The notes beneath the pieces are model-generated. The model searched no databases, had not been told where the DNA came from, and saw nothing but the letters and a program-made list of their open reading frames with translations. A program made the position numbers and the translations under genes. Positions 47,558-57,100 of a stretch of 64,000 nucleotides of DNA are shown in pieces (the stretch's first letter is position 1; every line of letters starts with the position of its first letter). The DNA is from Chloroflexota bacterium (GTDB taxonomy: Bacteria > Chloroflexota > UBA11872): NCBI GenBank assembly GCA_034422315.1, contig DAOUJT010000006.1:5911-69910 (forward strand). Reading direction: 5' to 3'.

Positions 47558-48454
47558 CTACCAGTCCAGCGCGATGCGCAACACTCGCAGCGCGGCCCGC
47601 GCCTTGGCCCGGGCGTTTGGCCGCGGCGACTGCGTCAGGACGTCGTAGTCAGCGTGGCGAATTGCCTGCAGGGCCGCGCGGCCGCCTTCGATGAACGACG
47701 CGATGGCCATGCCGCGCACGCCGGGCAGCGTTCGCACCAGCGTGGCGCCCTGGTCGAAGAGGCTCCAGGCCCGGTCCACCTCGAAGTGCATCAACTCCCG
47801 AAACTCCCGCGTGGGCCGGCCTTCGGCAATCGCCTCGAGCGAGCCGTCGAAGCGGTCCAGGTCTTCCAGCGGCAGGTACACCCGGTCCATCTGGAAGTCC
47901 TCGGCCACGTCCTGCCAGTGCTCGGTCAGTTGCAGGCCCGTGCAGATCAGGTCCGAAAGCCAGAACCGCTCCGGGGTGGCCGCCTCGAAGACATACAGCA
48001 CCAGGTGGCCCACGGGGTTGGCGGACAGTTCGCAGTAGGCCGCCAACTCTTCATGGGTCGCGTATCGCTTCTTGGTCTGGTCCTGCCGGTTGGCGCCAAT
48101 GAGTGCGCGGAACGGCGTGTCGGGGATCGAGTAGCGTTCCACCGTCGGGACGATGCGCCGCATCACGTCGTGGCTGGGTAGGCCTCCGCTGAAGACGGCG
48201 TCCACCTCGCCATCCAGCCAGTCCAGCAACGCCAGCCGGTCGCCTTCGGCGTAGTCGCCCAGCTGATCGGTCAGGCGGGCGAATCCGTAGATGTTGTGAA
48301 GGTGCCGCCGCAACTGTCCCGGCAGCAGCCGCGATGCCACCGGGAAGTTCTCGCCGCCCGCGCGCTGCATGACGGCGGCCAGAGACGGGACGGACTTGGG
48401 AGGGGAGGTGGTGGTCATCGGATCAGGTCGGGACGGGCGCGGGCGGCGGAGCAT
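47558..48454 (-). CDS. hpnC: Hydroxysqualene synthase HpnC (squalene-synthase family).
   Basis: ENFPVASRLLPGQLRRHLHNIYGFARLTDQLGD is HpnC-type. First gene of the hpnCDE-shc operon. Confidence 0.8.
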   Translation of the reverse strand: MLRRPRPSRPDPMTTTSPPKSVPSLAAVMQRAGGENFPVASRLLPGQLRRHLHNIYGFARLTDQLGDYAEGDRLALLDWLDGEVDAVFSGGLPSHDVMRRIVPTVERYSIPDTPFRALIGANRQDQTKKRYATHEELAAYCELSANPVGHLVLYVFEAATPERFWLSDLICTGLQLTEHWQDVAEDFQMDRVYLPLEDLDRFDGSLEAIAEGRPTREFRELMHFEVDRAWSLFDQGATLVRTLPGVRGMAIASFIEGGRAALQAIRHADYDVLTQSPRPNARAKARAALRVLRIALDW

Positions 48455-48771
48455 CCATGTGACACGCGCTCCCGTCCAGGGTTCCAGCGGCCGCCCACCG
48501 CCGACCGGTCCGGTGGAAGTTTAGGCCACGCCTCCATCCCGCTATCCGGGTGAGCGCTGACCAGCTGATTGGAAGACAGAAGCGATCGCTCACTCCACCG
48601 CCTCGTCGCGTAAGATCAGCGTCCGGCCGCGTCGTCCCGATACGCCGCCCGCGAGCGTCGGTGGGCAGTTACGGCCACCGCCAGCGCCGCGAACCCGACG
48701 GTGACCGGATGCGGCCGAACCGGCCATGACGGCCAGTCAATCCCTGCGCTGTGACACCGAGGAGAGCCATC

Positions 48772-49791
48772 GTGCGAATTGGAATCAACGGATTTGGGCG
48801 GATCGGCCGCCTGGCCTTGCGGGCGCTGCTGGAGCGCCATCCCCAGGCCGAGATCGTCGGCATCAACGACCTGGCCGAGTTACGCGCCTCCGCGCACCTG
48901 CTGCAGTACGACAGCAACTACGGCCGCTTTGGACAAGGCGTGGAAGCCACGGCCGGCGGGCTGGTCGTGGGCGGGACGTCGATCCCGTATTACTCCGTCC
49001 GCGACTGGACCGCGCTGCCCTGGGGCGACCTGGGCGCCGACCTGGTGGTGGAGTCCACCGGTGTGGGCACGGAACGCGCGCGGGCGGCGGCCCACCTGGA
49101 TGCGGGCGCCGGTCGAGTGCTGATCTCCGCGCCCTCCGGCGACGCCGATCTCACCGTGGTCCTGGGCGTCAACGACGATCAGTTCGATCCCGCCTCGCAC
49201 TACGTGGTCAGCAACGCCTCGTGCACCACCAACGGTCTGGCGCCGCCGCTGGACGTGGTGCACCGCGAGTTCGGCGTGCGCAAGGGGCTGATGTCAACCA
49301 TCCACGCCTACACGTCCTCGCAGAGCCTGGTGGACACCGCCATCGGCGATCTGCGCGAAGCCAGGGCCAGCGCAATGAGCATCGTGCCGGCCAGTACGGG
49401 CGCGGCTCGTGCCATCGGACTGGCCATCCCGGAACTCGACGGCCGCATGCACGGCGCGGCCTACCGGGTGCCGGTATCAACGGTCTCCATCGTCGAGTTT
49501 GTCGCGCACTTGGAGCGTCCGGTCGACGAAGGCGAGGTCACCGACGCACTGCGCGCCGCGGCGGCCGGCCGGCTGGACGGCATTTTGGGCGTTTCCGACG
49601 AGCCGCTGGTCTCGATCGACCTCAAGGGCGACACCCGCTCCTCGATCGTGGACGCCGGCTCGACCATGGTCATCGGCGGCGACCTGGTGAAGGTCGCGGC
49701 CTGGTACGACAACGAGTGGGGCTACGCCTGCCGGATCGGCGATGCGGCCATGGCCATCGGCGAGCGTGTCGGAGCGCCCGCCCAGGTCTGA
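48772..49791 (+). CDS. gap: Glyceraldehyde-3-phosphate dehydrogenase.
   Basis: VRIGINGFGRIGR. Active site SNASCTTNGLAP. GTG start preceded by GGAGAG. The upstream in-frame GTG at 48751 lies before the SD. Confidence 0.9.
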   Translation: MRIGINGFGRIGRLALRALLERHPQAEIVGINDLAELRASAHLLQYDSNYGRFGQGVEATAGGLVVGGTSIPYYSVRDWTALPWGDLGADLVVESTGVGTERARAAAHLDAGAGRVLISAPSGDADLTVVLGVNDDQFDPASHYVVSNASCTTNGLAPPLDVVHREFGVRKGLMSTIHAYTSSQSLVDTAIGDLREARASAMSIVPASTGAARAIGLAIPELDGRMHGAAYRVPVSTVSIVEFVAHLERPVDEGEVTDALRAAAAGRLDGILGVSDEPLVSIDLKGDTRSSIVDAGSTMVIGGDLVKVAAWYDNEWGYACRIGDAAMAIGERVGAPAQV

Positions 49792-49808
49792 GCGGATCGT
49801 CCGCGCCC

Positions 49809-49826
49809 AATGTTTCACGTGAAACA
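49809..49826. promoter_or_regulatory. Perfect 18-bp palindrome ATGTTTCACGTGAAACAT between gap and pgk. Candidate transcription-factor operator.
   Basis: Seen directly in the sequence. Central CACGTG core. Located 18 nt after the gap stop and 78 nt before pgk. Confidence 0.4.
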
Positions 49827-49903
49827 TCGGCGGCAGCCCGTCCCGCGAACCTCTTGGTCCGGTGCGCCAGGCTGGCCCCCGGGTCCACGTGTAGGGACGC
49901 CTT

Positions 49904-51082
49904 GTGAAACGCGGTAGCCAGGACTTGGACGTTCGCGGTCGGCGCGTTCTCTTGAGGGTGGACGCCAATGTGCCGCTGGACGTCGGCTCGATTCGCGACG
50001 ACACGCGTCTGCGGGCCATCGTGCCAACGCTGGCCGATCTGCAAGCACGAGGCGCGCGGCTGGCTGTGGCCTCACACCTTGGCCGGCCGAAGGGTCAGGT
50101 CGATCCTGGGCTATCCCTGGCCCCGGTAGCCGAGCGCCTAGGCGAACTGCTGGGCTGCGCGGTGTCGCTCGCTCCGGACAGCGTTGGTCCGGCTGTGGAA
50201 GCCCGGACTCGGAGCCTTGACGACGGCGAGGTGCTGCTCCTGGAGAACCTGCGCTTCCATCCCAGCGAGGAACAGAACGATCCCGCGCATGCCGCCGCCC
50301 TGGCGAGGCTGGCCGATGTCTACGTCAACGACGCATTCGGTACGGCCCACCGGGCGCACGCCAGCACGGTGGGCGTCGCGCGGTTGTTGCCCGCGGCCGC
50401 CGGACCCCTGATGCACGCCGAGATCCGGGCATTGGACCGCGTGACTCGCGATCCGGCTCGTCCCTACGTGGCCGTCCTTGGCGGGGCCAAGGTCTCGGAC
50501 AAGATCGGCGTGCTGCGGCGGCTGGCGACGCAGGTCGACGCGCTGCTGCTGGGCGGAGGTATCGCCAACACCTTCCTGGCCAACTCGAGCGGATCGCTCG
50601 GGCGCTCGCTGGTCGAGCCGGGCCAGGCCGGGGTCGTGGCCGACGTGCGCGCGGCCGCGGCGACTTCCGGCTGCCGAATTTTGCTGCCGGTGGACGCCGT
50701 CGCGGCATCGGAGATCGATCCTGCCGCCGCCACGACCATCGTGTCCGCCGATCAGGTTCCCGACGACCGGATGGCGCTCGACATCGGTCCGGTAACGACC
50801 GCCGCCTTCCTGGAGGTGCTGGCGGACGCCCGCACCGTGATTTGGAATGGGCCGCTGGGCGTCTATGAGCATGCGCCGTTTGCCCGGGGCACGCTGGCCG
50901 TGGCCCGCGGGCTGGCCGAGTTCTCCGCCTTCGTGGTGATCGCGGGCGGCGATGCGCTGGCCGCGGTGCAGGCCGCCGGCGTGGCGGATCGCATGGGCCA
51001 TCTCAGCACCGGCGGCGGCGCCACGCTGGAATTCCTGGAAGGCCGCGAACTGCCGGGCCTTGCCGCCTTGCCCGACGCCTGA
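49904..51082 (+). CDS. pgk: Phosphoglycerate kinase.
   Basis: RVLLRVDANVP...ASHLGRPKG...GGGIANTFL... are PGK motifs. Confidence 0.9.
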   Translation: MKRGSQDLDVRGRRVLLRVDANVPLDVGSIRDDTRLRAIVPTLADLQARGARLAVASHLGRPKGQVDPGLSLAPVAERLGELLGCAVSLAPDSVGPAVEARTRSLDDGEVLLLENLRFHPSEEQNDPAHAAALARLADVYVNDAFGTAHRAHASTVGVARLLPAAAGPLMHAEIRALDRVTRDPARPYVAVLGGAKVSDKIGVLRRLATQVDALLLGGGIANTFLANSSGSLGRSLVEPGQAGVVADVRAAAATSGCRILLPVDAVAASEIDPAAATTIVSADQVPDDRMALDIGPVTTAAFLEVLADARTVIWNGPLGVYEHAPFARGTLAVARGLAEFSAFVVIAGGDALAAVQAAGVADRMGHLSTGGGATLEFLEGRELPGLAALPDA

Positions 51083-51084
51083 GA

Positions 51085-52965
51085 CTAGTCGCGCTCCGAG
51101 TCCTCGCCCAGCCACAAGCGCGCATCGCCCACGCGGCGGGTGATGGCGCGACTGTCCAGGTACTCCAGCAGCGCGAGCGCGTACTTGCGGCTGGTTCCGA
51201 GCGCGTCTCGCACCTCGCGAACGGTAACCGACGGCGCGGATTCGAATAGCTCGCGTACCGCGCGAAGCCAGGCTTCGTAAGTCCGACGCGATAGAGCGAT
51301 ATCGGCGGCCAGCAGCACAAGCCGGCCGTCCTGCGCGAGCGCCGACGCCAGCCGCGGCGTTCCTCCGGCAGCGGTCAACGCCAGGGCAAGCGACGGCGGC
51401 GTTGATCCACCCTGGTCGAGGTGGGCGAGCAGTCGACCGGCGGCGCGCTGCTCGGCCTCGGTGAGTTCGACGCTGTGACCGGCCAGGGCCACTCGGGGTC
51501 CGTCCAGCCGCACGGCGCCCCGGGCTGCGGCCTCCGCCGCAAGCTCGCCGACCGCATCGGCCGGCGCGTCCATGGTCCGGGCAAGGTCGGACGTCCTGAG
51601 ACCGGCCGCCCCCGGGTCGGACTCGTGGTGCGTCCGCAGCGCGCTGATTAGCTCCGAAGTCAGGCGTTCAATCACCTGCACGCTGCCCACATAGCTGCGG
51701 AGCGTCCGTGCCTCGCCGCCGGCGGTCAGGCCGGTCAAGGTCTGCGCCGTGGTCTCGCTATCCAGTTCGGTTCGCCGCGCCAGCTCAGCCAGGGTGACGA
51801 GCCGGTCGGCCAGAGCGTCACGAACAAGCGTGGCGGCATCGCCGGCCGCGGCTCGCTCCAGGGCGTCCAGTACCGCCGTGTCGCCTCGCGGGGCATGGCG
51901 CGCCAGGGCGCGAACGACGTCGCCGCCCCCGATCGTGGCCGCTGGCGAGAGCCGCCGGATCACGTAGCGGTCGCCTCGGCGCGCGGCAATCGGGGCGTCC
52001 AGTCGCCACTGAACCCAGCCGGATCCGCCCGGTGGAATGGGATCGCGCTCCAGCAAACGAAGCCGCGCAATTCGTGAGGCCGCCCCGATGTGCAGCGACA
52101 CGTCCTCGCCGGGCTTCAGCGCCCGCGGCGCCGCCGGGAGCATGCGCAGCCGGGCGTCGATGCGGCGCGTTTCGAACACCGCGTCTTCCACGGCCAGCAC
52201 ATCGCCTCGACGCGTCTGCGAGGGGCTCGTTCCACCCAGGTTCACCGCCACCCGACGGCCGGGCTGCGCGGCGCCGATGGTCGCCTGGTGGGACTGCAGG
52301 CCGCGGACCCGAACGCTGCGTGCCCCGGGATAGAGGCGGGGCTGATCGCCGACGTGCAGGGTCCCGCCGGACAACGTGCCGGTGATGACGGTACCGAAGC
52401 CCGGCATGGTGAACACGCGGTCGATCGGGATGCGAGCGCCGCCGCGGTCCAGCCGTGGCGGGCGCTGAGCAAGTACGTCGTCCAGCGTCTCGACCAGCTC
52501 ATCCAGTCCGGTTCGGGACTGCGCCGACACGTGCACGATCGGCGCGTCAGCCAGCGTGCGTCCCTCCAGGGCCTCGCGTACGTCCTCTTCGACCAGTTCC
52601 GCCCACTCGTCGTCAACCAGGTCGGCCTTGGTCAGGGCGACCACGCCGGCATCGATTTCCAGCAGGTCGATGATGTCCAGGTGCTCGCGCGTCTGGGGCA
52701 TGACGCCCTCGTCCGCCGCAATGACCAGCAGCACCGCGTCGATCCCGCCGACGCCGGCCAGCATGTTGGAGACAAAGCGCTCGTGCCCCGGTACATCAAT
52801 CACCGAGACCTCGCGTCCGCCGGGCAGCGTGAACCAGGCGAAGCCCAGATCGATGGTCAAGCCGCGTTCGCGTTCCTCGGCCAGTCGGTCCGGGAAGATC
52901 GAGGTCAGCGCTTCGACCAGGGTGGACTTGCCGTGGTCCACGTGACCGGCCGTGCCCACCGTCAT
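51085..52965 (-). CDS. selB: Selenocysteine-specific translation elongation factor SelB.
   Basis: N-terminal GTPase GTAGHVDHGKSTL...DVPGHERF. Long C-terminal winged-helix region typical of SelB (626 aa). Confidence 0.85.
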   Translation of the reverse strand: MTVGTAGHVDHGKSTLVEALTSIFPDRLAEERERGLTIDLGFAWFTLPGGREVSVIDVPGHERFVSNMLAGVGGIDAVLLVIAADEGVMPQTREHLDIIDLLEIDAGVVALTKADLVDDEWAELVEEDVREALEGRTLADAPIVHVSAQSRTGLDELVETLDDVLAQRPPRLDRGGARIPIDRVFTMPGFGTVITGTLSGGTLHVGDQPRLYPGARSVRVRGLQSHQATIGAAQPGRRVAVNLGGTSPSQTRRGDVLAVEDAVFETRRIDARLRMLPAAPRALKPGEDVSLHIGAASRIARLRLLERDPIPPGGSGWVQWRLDAPIAARRGDRYVIRRLSPAATIGGGDVVRALARHAPRGDTAVLDALERAAAGDAATLVRDALADRLVTLAELARRTELDSETTAQTLTGLTAGGEARTLRSYVGSVQVIERLTSELISALRTHHESDPGAAGLRTSDLARTMDAPADAVGELAAEAAARGAVRLDGPRVALAGHSVELTEAEQRAAGRLLAHLDQGGSTPPSLALALTAAGGTPRLASALAQDGRLVLLAADIALSRRTYEAWLRAVRELFESAPSVTVREVRDALGTSRKYALALLEYLDSRAITRRVGDARLWLGEDSERD

Positions 52966-52991
52966 CGGGGCCAGCGCGTCAGCGGACGCGG

Positions 52992-53714
52992 TCAGAAGTG
53001 CTCCATGTCTTCGCGGGTCATCGTCGGCCAGGAGCCATCGCGGGGCAACGGCTGCGGCTCGCGCACGAGGTCGCCGTCCGCGTCCGCATGAAGGACCACG
53101 AAGACCGGCAACAGGCTCCAGCGCAGATCGTCCGCGCCACCCTGCAAATAGGCTTGGCGCACCGGGGCAAAGTCCGCCAGTTGCAGGGACTCGTGCGCCA
53201 CCCCCGTCTCGCTTAGCCGGTCAAAGAAGATCTTGCACAGCATCGGGAGATTGACCGTGTGCGCCACGCGCCCGAAGGCCCGGCAGATCATGGGTCGCCC
53301 GTGGTAGCCGGCGCAGAGGTTGTCGTTGGTGAGCAGCACGCAGCGCTGGACGCGCCGCCGGTCGACGTTCTGCATCAGCCGGCTCAGCTCCTCCATGCTG
53401 CGCGCCCGCAAGGCCCGTCGAAAGGGGCCGCGCTTGCGGTCCAGCAGCCGGCGGGCGCGTCGGACGATTCGGCGTCGCTCGTCGGCCGTGGAGTCCCGAT
53501 GCAGCGCCGGCAGCAGGATGGCCCATTCCTCTTCGCTGATATAGACCTGCTGATGGCAGCAGCGGGCGCAGCCGCTGGGACAGCGCAGGATGGGATGCGC
53601 GCCTTCAACCATGACGTTCAGCGTGTCCACCACCTCAAGCGTGGTGATCAGGTTTGGGTCGTCGCCTAGCGTGTCGGTAACACGCGTAAACGCGGTGGAC
53701 AGGTCAGCGGGCAT
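52992..53714 (-). CDS. YkgJ-family cysteine-cluster protein (CxxCxxCC; putative Fe-S or Zn-binding oxidoreductase).
   Basis: RCPSGCARCCHQ and later CAGYHGRPMICR motifs. Co-directional with selB, 27 nt upstream of it. Confidence 0.6.
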   Translation of the reverse strand: MPADLSTAFTRVTDTLGDDPNLITTLEVVDTLNVMVEGAHPILRCPSGCARCCHQQVYISEEEWAILLPALHRDSTADERRRIVRRARRLLDRKRGPFRRALRARSMEELSRLMQNVDRRRVQRCVLLTNDNLCAGYHGRPMICRAFGRVAHTVNLPMLCKIFFDRLSETGVAHESLQLADFAPVRQAYLQGGADDLRWSLLPVFVVLHADADGDLVREPQPLPRDGSWPTMTREDMEHF

Positions 53715-53788
53715 GACCTGATTCTCTCAGCGAGGCCGCTCGCCCCTGGCGAATTCCGTGGACCGCGCAACGCATGACAACTCTCGGC

Positions 53789-54157
53789 CTAGCCAAATGC
53801 GCCGAGCAATACGAGCAGGACGGCCGTGCCAAGGCCAATGCCATAGGCGACGACGGCCGTCGCAAACGTCAGCACTGTGCGCCGCCACCTGATTTGCTGC
53901 TCAAGGCGCTCCATGCGGCGTCCCATGCGATCCAGACGAGCAGCGTCGCGCTCGGCTCGGGCCTGAGCCTGGCCAGCTTCCGCGCGCAGCTCGCCGATCG
54001 CCAGCGCGTTCATCCGCGGGAGGTCCCCCATTGGGGCCTGTTGGGGAGAGCCGGGCTGGGTCCGCGCCATGAGTTCCGGCAGTTGCTGGATTACCCGCGG
54101 CAGCACCTGCTGCGTCACCTGCTGTAGTACCACGCGGCTCAAGAGTTGGGTCGCCAT
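53789..54157 (-). CDS. Small C-terminally membrane-anchored protein with a coiled-coil segment. Hypothetical.
   Basis: C-terminal TM VLTFATAVVAYGIGLGTAVLLVLLGAF. Confidence 0.45.
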   Translation of the reverse strand: MATQLLSRVVLQQVTQQVLPRVIQQLPELMARTQPGSPQQAPMGDLPRMNALAIGELRAEAGQAQARAERDAARLDRMGRRMERLEQQIRWRRTVLTFATAVVAYGIGLGTAVLLVLLGAFG

Positions 54158-54191
54158 CTCACGCCTGCCCTCGGTGTCGCCAACGCGTGCG

Positions 54192-57100
54192 TCATCCGGC
54201 CGGCGCCGGCTGACTGGTGGGATCTACGCGATAGATCACCGTAGCATCGTCCCGGTATATCTCGCGTACGCCGAACGCCGCCATACGGTCGAACTTTGCC
54301 AGCGCTTCCGCCGGGTAGATGCTCCGTTCGAGTTCGCCAACGTAGACCAGACCGACGTTGAACGTCGAGAGCAGCGCGCGAGCCCGACGGACGTCCCCGG
54401 TCGCAAACAGCTCGCGGGCGTCGTCAAACCTGGCCTCGACTTCGTGTACGTAGCCCCAGTGTTGCTGCTTGGCGTGCCAGTCCCAGGCCATGACCGTTGG
54501 GAGGCCAGTGTAGACCGAGACCCGTCCGCCCCAGCGATAAATGGTGGTTGGCGTTTCCGCCACCACGGGGGCTCCAGGCACGTTTGCCCGCAGCCATTCG
54601 ATGGCGCGTTGGTCGGCGCTCAGGCCAACCGGCACACCCCGGTCATAGATGACGCCGCCGTCCATAAAGGCTTCGCCATCCAGCGTTGCGGGCAGCGGCT
54701 GAATGCGCAGGTCCAGCTTGTGCGGCGTGGCCAGGAGGGGATAGGACAGCGCGGTGATCGCCAGCAGCACGAGCCCGGCGCTCCAGGCCATGCGCGCCCC
54801 ATTGAATCGCCGTCCGCGCCGGGGCCTTAGCACGCGAACCAGGCATGGGAGGGCAAGCGCCGCGCCCAGGCCCAGCAGGGTCCAGGCTTGCAGATAGGAC
54901 TTGAAGATGGTGTTGAGCCGCCCAATGTCGTCCCGAACCACGATGAACTCAGGCGCCGCCGTTAGCCCCACGCCGGCCAGCAGCAGCGCGAGCGGCGCGA
55001 GCGCCCTGGGGTCGCCACGAAGCGGCCACGCCGAGGTGGCGCCCAGGACGAGCAGGCCGACGATGAGCGCGCGAGTCGACCAGTCGGCGCCGGCGCCCAT
55101 GAGGCCTGCCAGCAGAAGTGCGCCGGCTGCCAGGCCGGAGGCCCGGCGCGCGATTGACGGCCGTTTCCGCAGGCCATCCACCAGGCGCAGCGCCGCGTAG
55201 GACGCGAGCACGGCGACCGGCAATCCGAAGATGAGCAGCCATTGCGCCGCGGGCGTGGTTCCCGGTGTGGGATCAAAGCCTCCGTAGAACTCCACGTAGG
55301 CCGCGTGGAAGGGCTGGAAGAGCAGCTGCGACGCGAGCGACAGTCCGATGCCCACGCCGAGCAAGGTCACGACCAGGGTTCGTGGTCCAGGAGAACCACC
55401 GCGCCAGAGCGCATAGGCAAGCGCGGCGAGCGTGATGACGGTGTACGTCGGGTAGTCCCAGGGGTTGATGACCCGGTGGAGCGCCAGCACGAACGCCTGG
55501 AGCGCCAGCACCGCGACCCACGGAGGCCATCCGGTCACTCGCTTGAGCCGCGCGGCCTCGCCAAGACCCAGGATCGCCACCGCGCCGATCAGCGCCATGC
55601 CGGTGTTGGCGAAGTTCATCAGGTGGGGATGGAGGTCCCCGTACATGAAGGTGAACCACGGAAACTCGTTGACCGTCCTGGGGATGACGCGTGTCGCCGC
55701 CCAGAAATCGAAGGACTCGGCCAGCCCGCCCCTGACAAGCAGCCCCGGAGCCTCCAGCGCGGCGATGCCGGACTCGCCGGCCGCACGCTGCGCGAACACC
55801 ACGAGTTGCAGCGCCACGTGCAGGTTGCCGGCCAGCAGCACCAACGCCACCGCGGCGACGCCGACGGCCACCGCCTCGGCCCATCGCCGGCCCAGGAGGG
55901 TCCAGAAACCTGCGGCCGCGCCGAAGATCGCGGCGACGGTGGCCGCGAACGCGCCGGCCACCGCCAGGTTGTAGGCCGTGGCCGGCAGGATGCCCAGCGT
56001 CCTGGCCAGCGCGGCCGTGGGCACGTGGCCCAAGTAGTAATAGTTCAGCCGGCTGCCCGCGTGCCAGGGATCGTGCGGCGGAAAGACCGGGCTGCGAATC
56101 ACGGCATTGAGATGCGCGAAGTCCATGGGCTTCTCGCCGCCGAACACGGGATGCCAGAGGTCCGGGTTGCGCGCCCGCAGGATCAGCATGGCGCCGAAGG
56201 CCAGCAGCATGAGCGTTTCGATCAGCAATACCGGTCCGGTTGACGTCGCGATTGATGAACGCATTTCGCTGCCGCGGCGCCAGACCACGATGCCCGCAGC
56301 CGCCGCAACGACACCCGCGCCGACCAGGATCGCCGGCGTGTCGAAGCGCAGCACCCCGGTACTGGCCAACCACCACGCAGGGAATACAACGACGGCCGGT
56401 CCCAGCACCCGCGCCGCCGCATATCCCCGGTCGGGCAATTGCCGCAGCGCCGGCCAGACGAGGGGCCAGGCCAGGAGTCCCGACAGCCAGACGGCTGCGA
56501 ACCAGGCCAGGGCTGCGCCCGCGCCCCCGATGGGACGGTCCTGGAACTGGCTGGGCCAGCTGGCCTGCGTCTGTATCCGGGCCGCCTCCGCCGTCGTGAG
56601 GACGGTGCGGCGGGTAACGGCATCCTTGGGCAGCACCTGCATCACGCCGCGCAGGTCAACGGCGCCAAGCTCCCGCTGGATGGTGGCCGACGTTCCGGGC
56701 CCTCGCCGTCCGTAGATCGAGACCGTGGGGTGGTCGTAGACGCTGAACGCCTCTTCGGCCGCGCGGTCATCGATGCTCCAGCGGCCGAGCGTGGGCCGCG
56801 ATTCGAAGCGCGCCAGCAGGTCGAAGCCCAGCGAACCGTCAGCCAGGGCTTCGTAGTAGCGACCCGTGAGCGGATAACGCTGCGGCATGCGCGGGATGGT
56901 GGCCGCGCCGCGATCGCTGGCCAGCACCACGAGGTCGGCCTGGCTGAGTGTCCGGATCAGATGGGTGCGTTTCGCCTCGTCGTCTGGTTCGTAGACCCGC
57001 AGTTGCAGGTGCGTGAATAGATCCGGGCCAAGCCCCTCCAGCGGCAGGGGCAGCGCGTCGTCCCAGTGCTCCACGGCAATCGCCGATCCCGAAGGGACAT

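Noticed and set aside
52090-53091. 333-aa plus-strand ORF across selB
   Set aside because: Antisense shadow of the selB GTPase domain.
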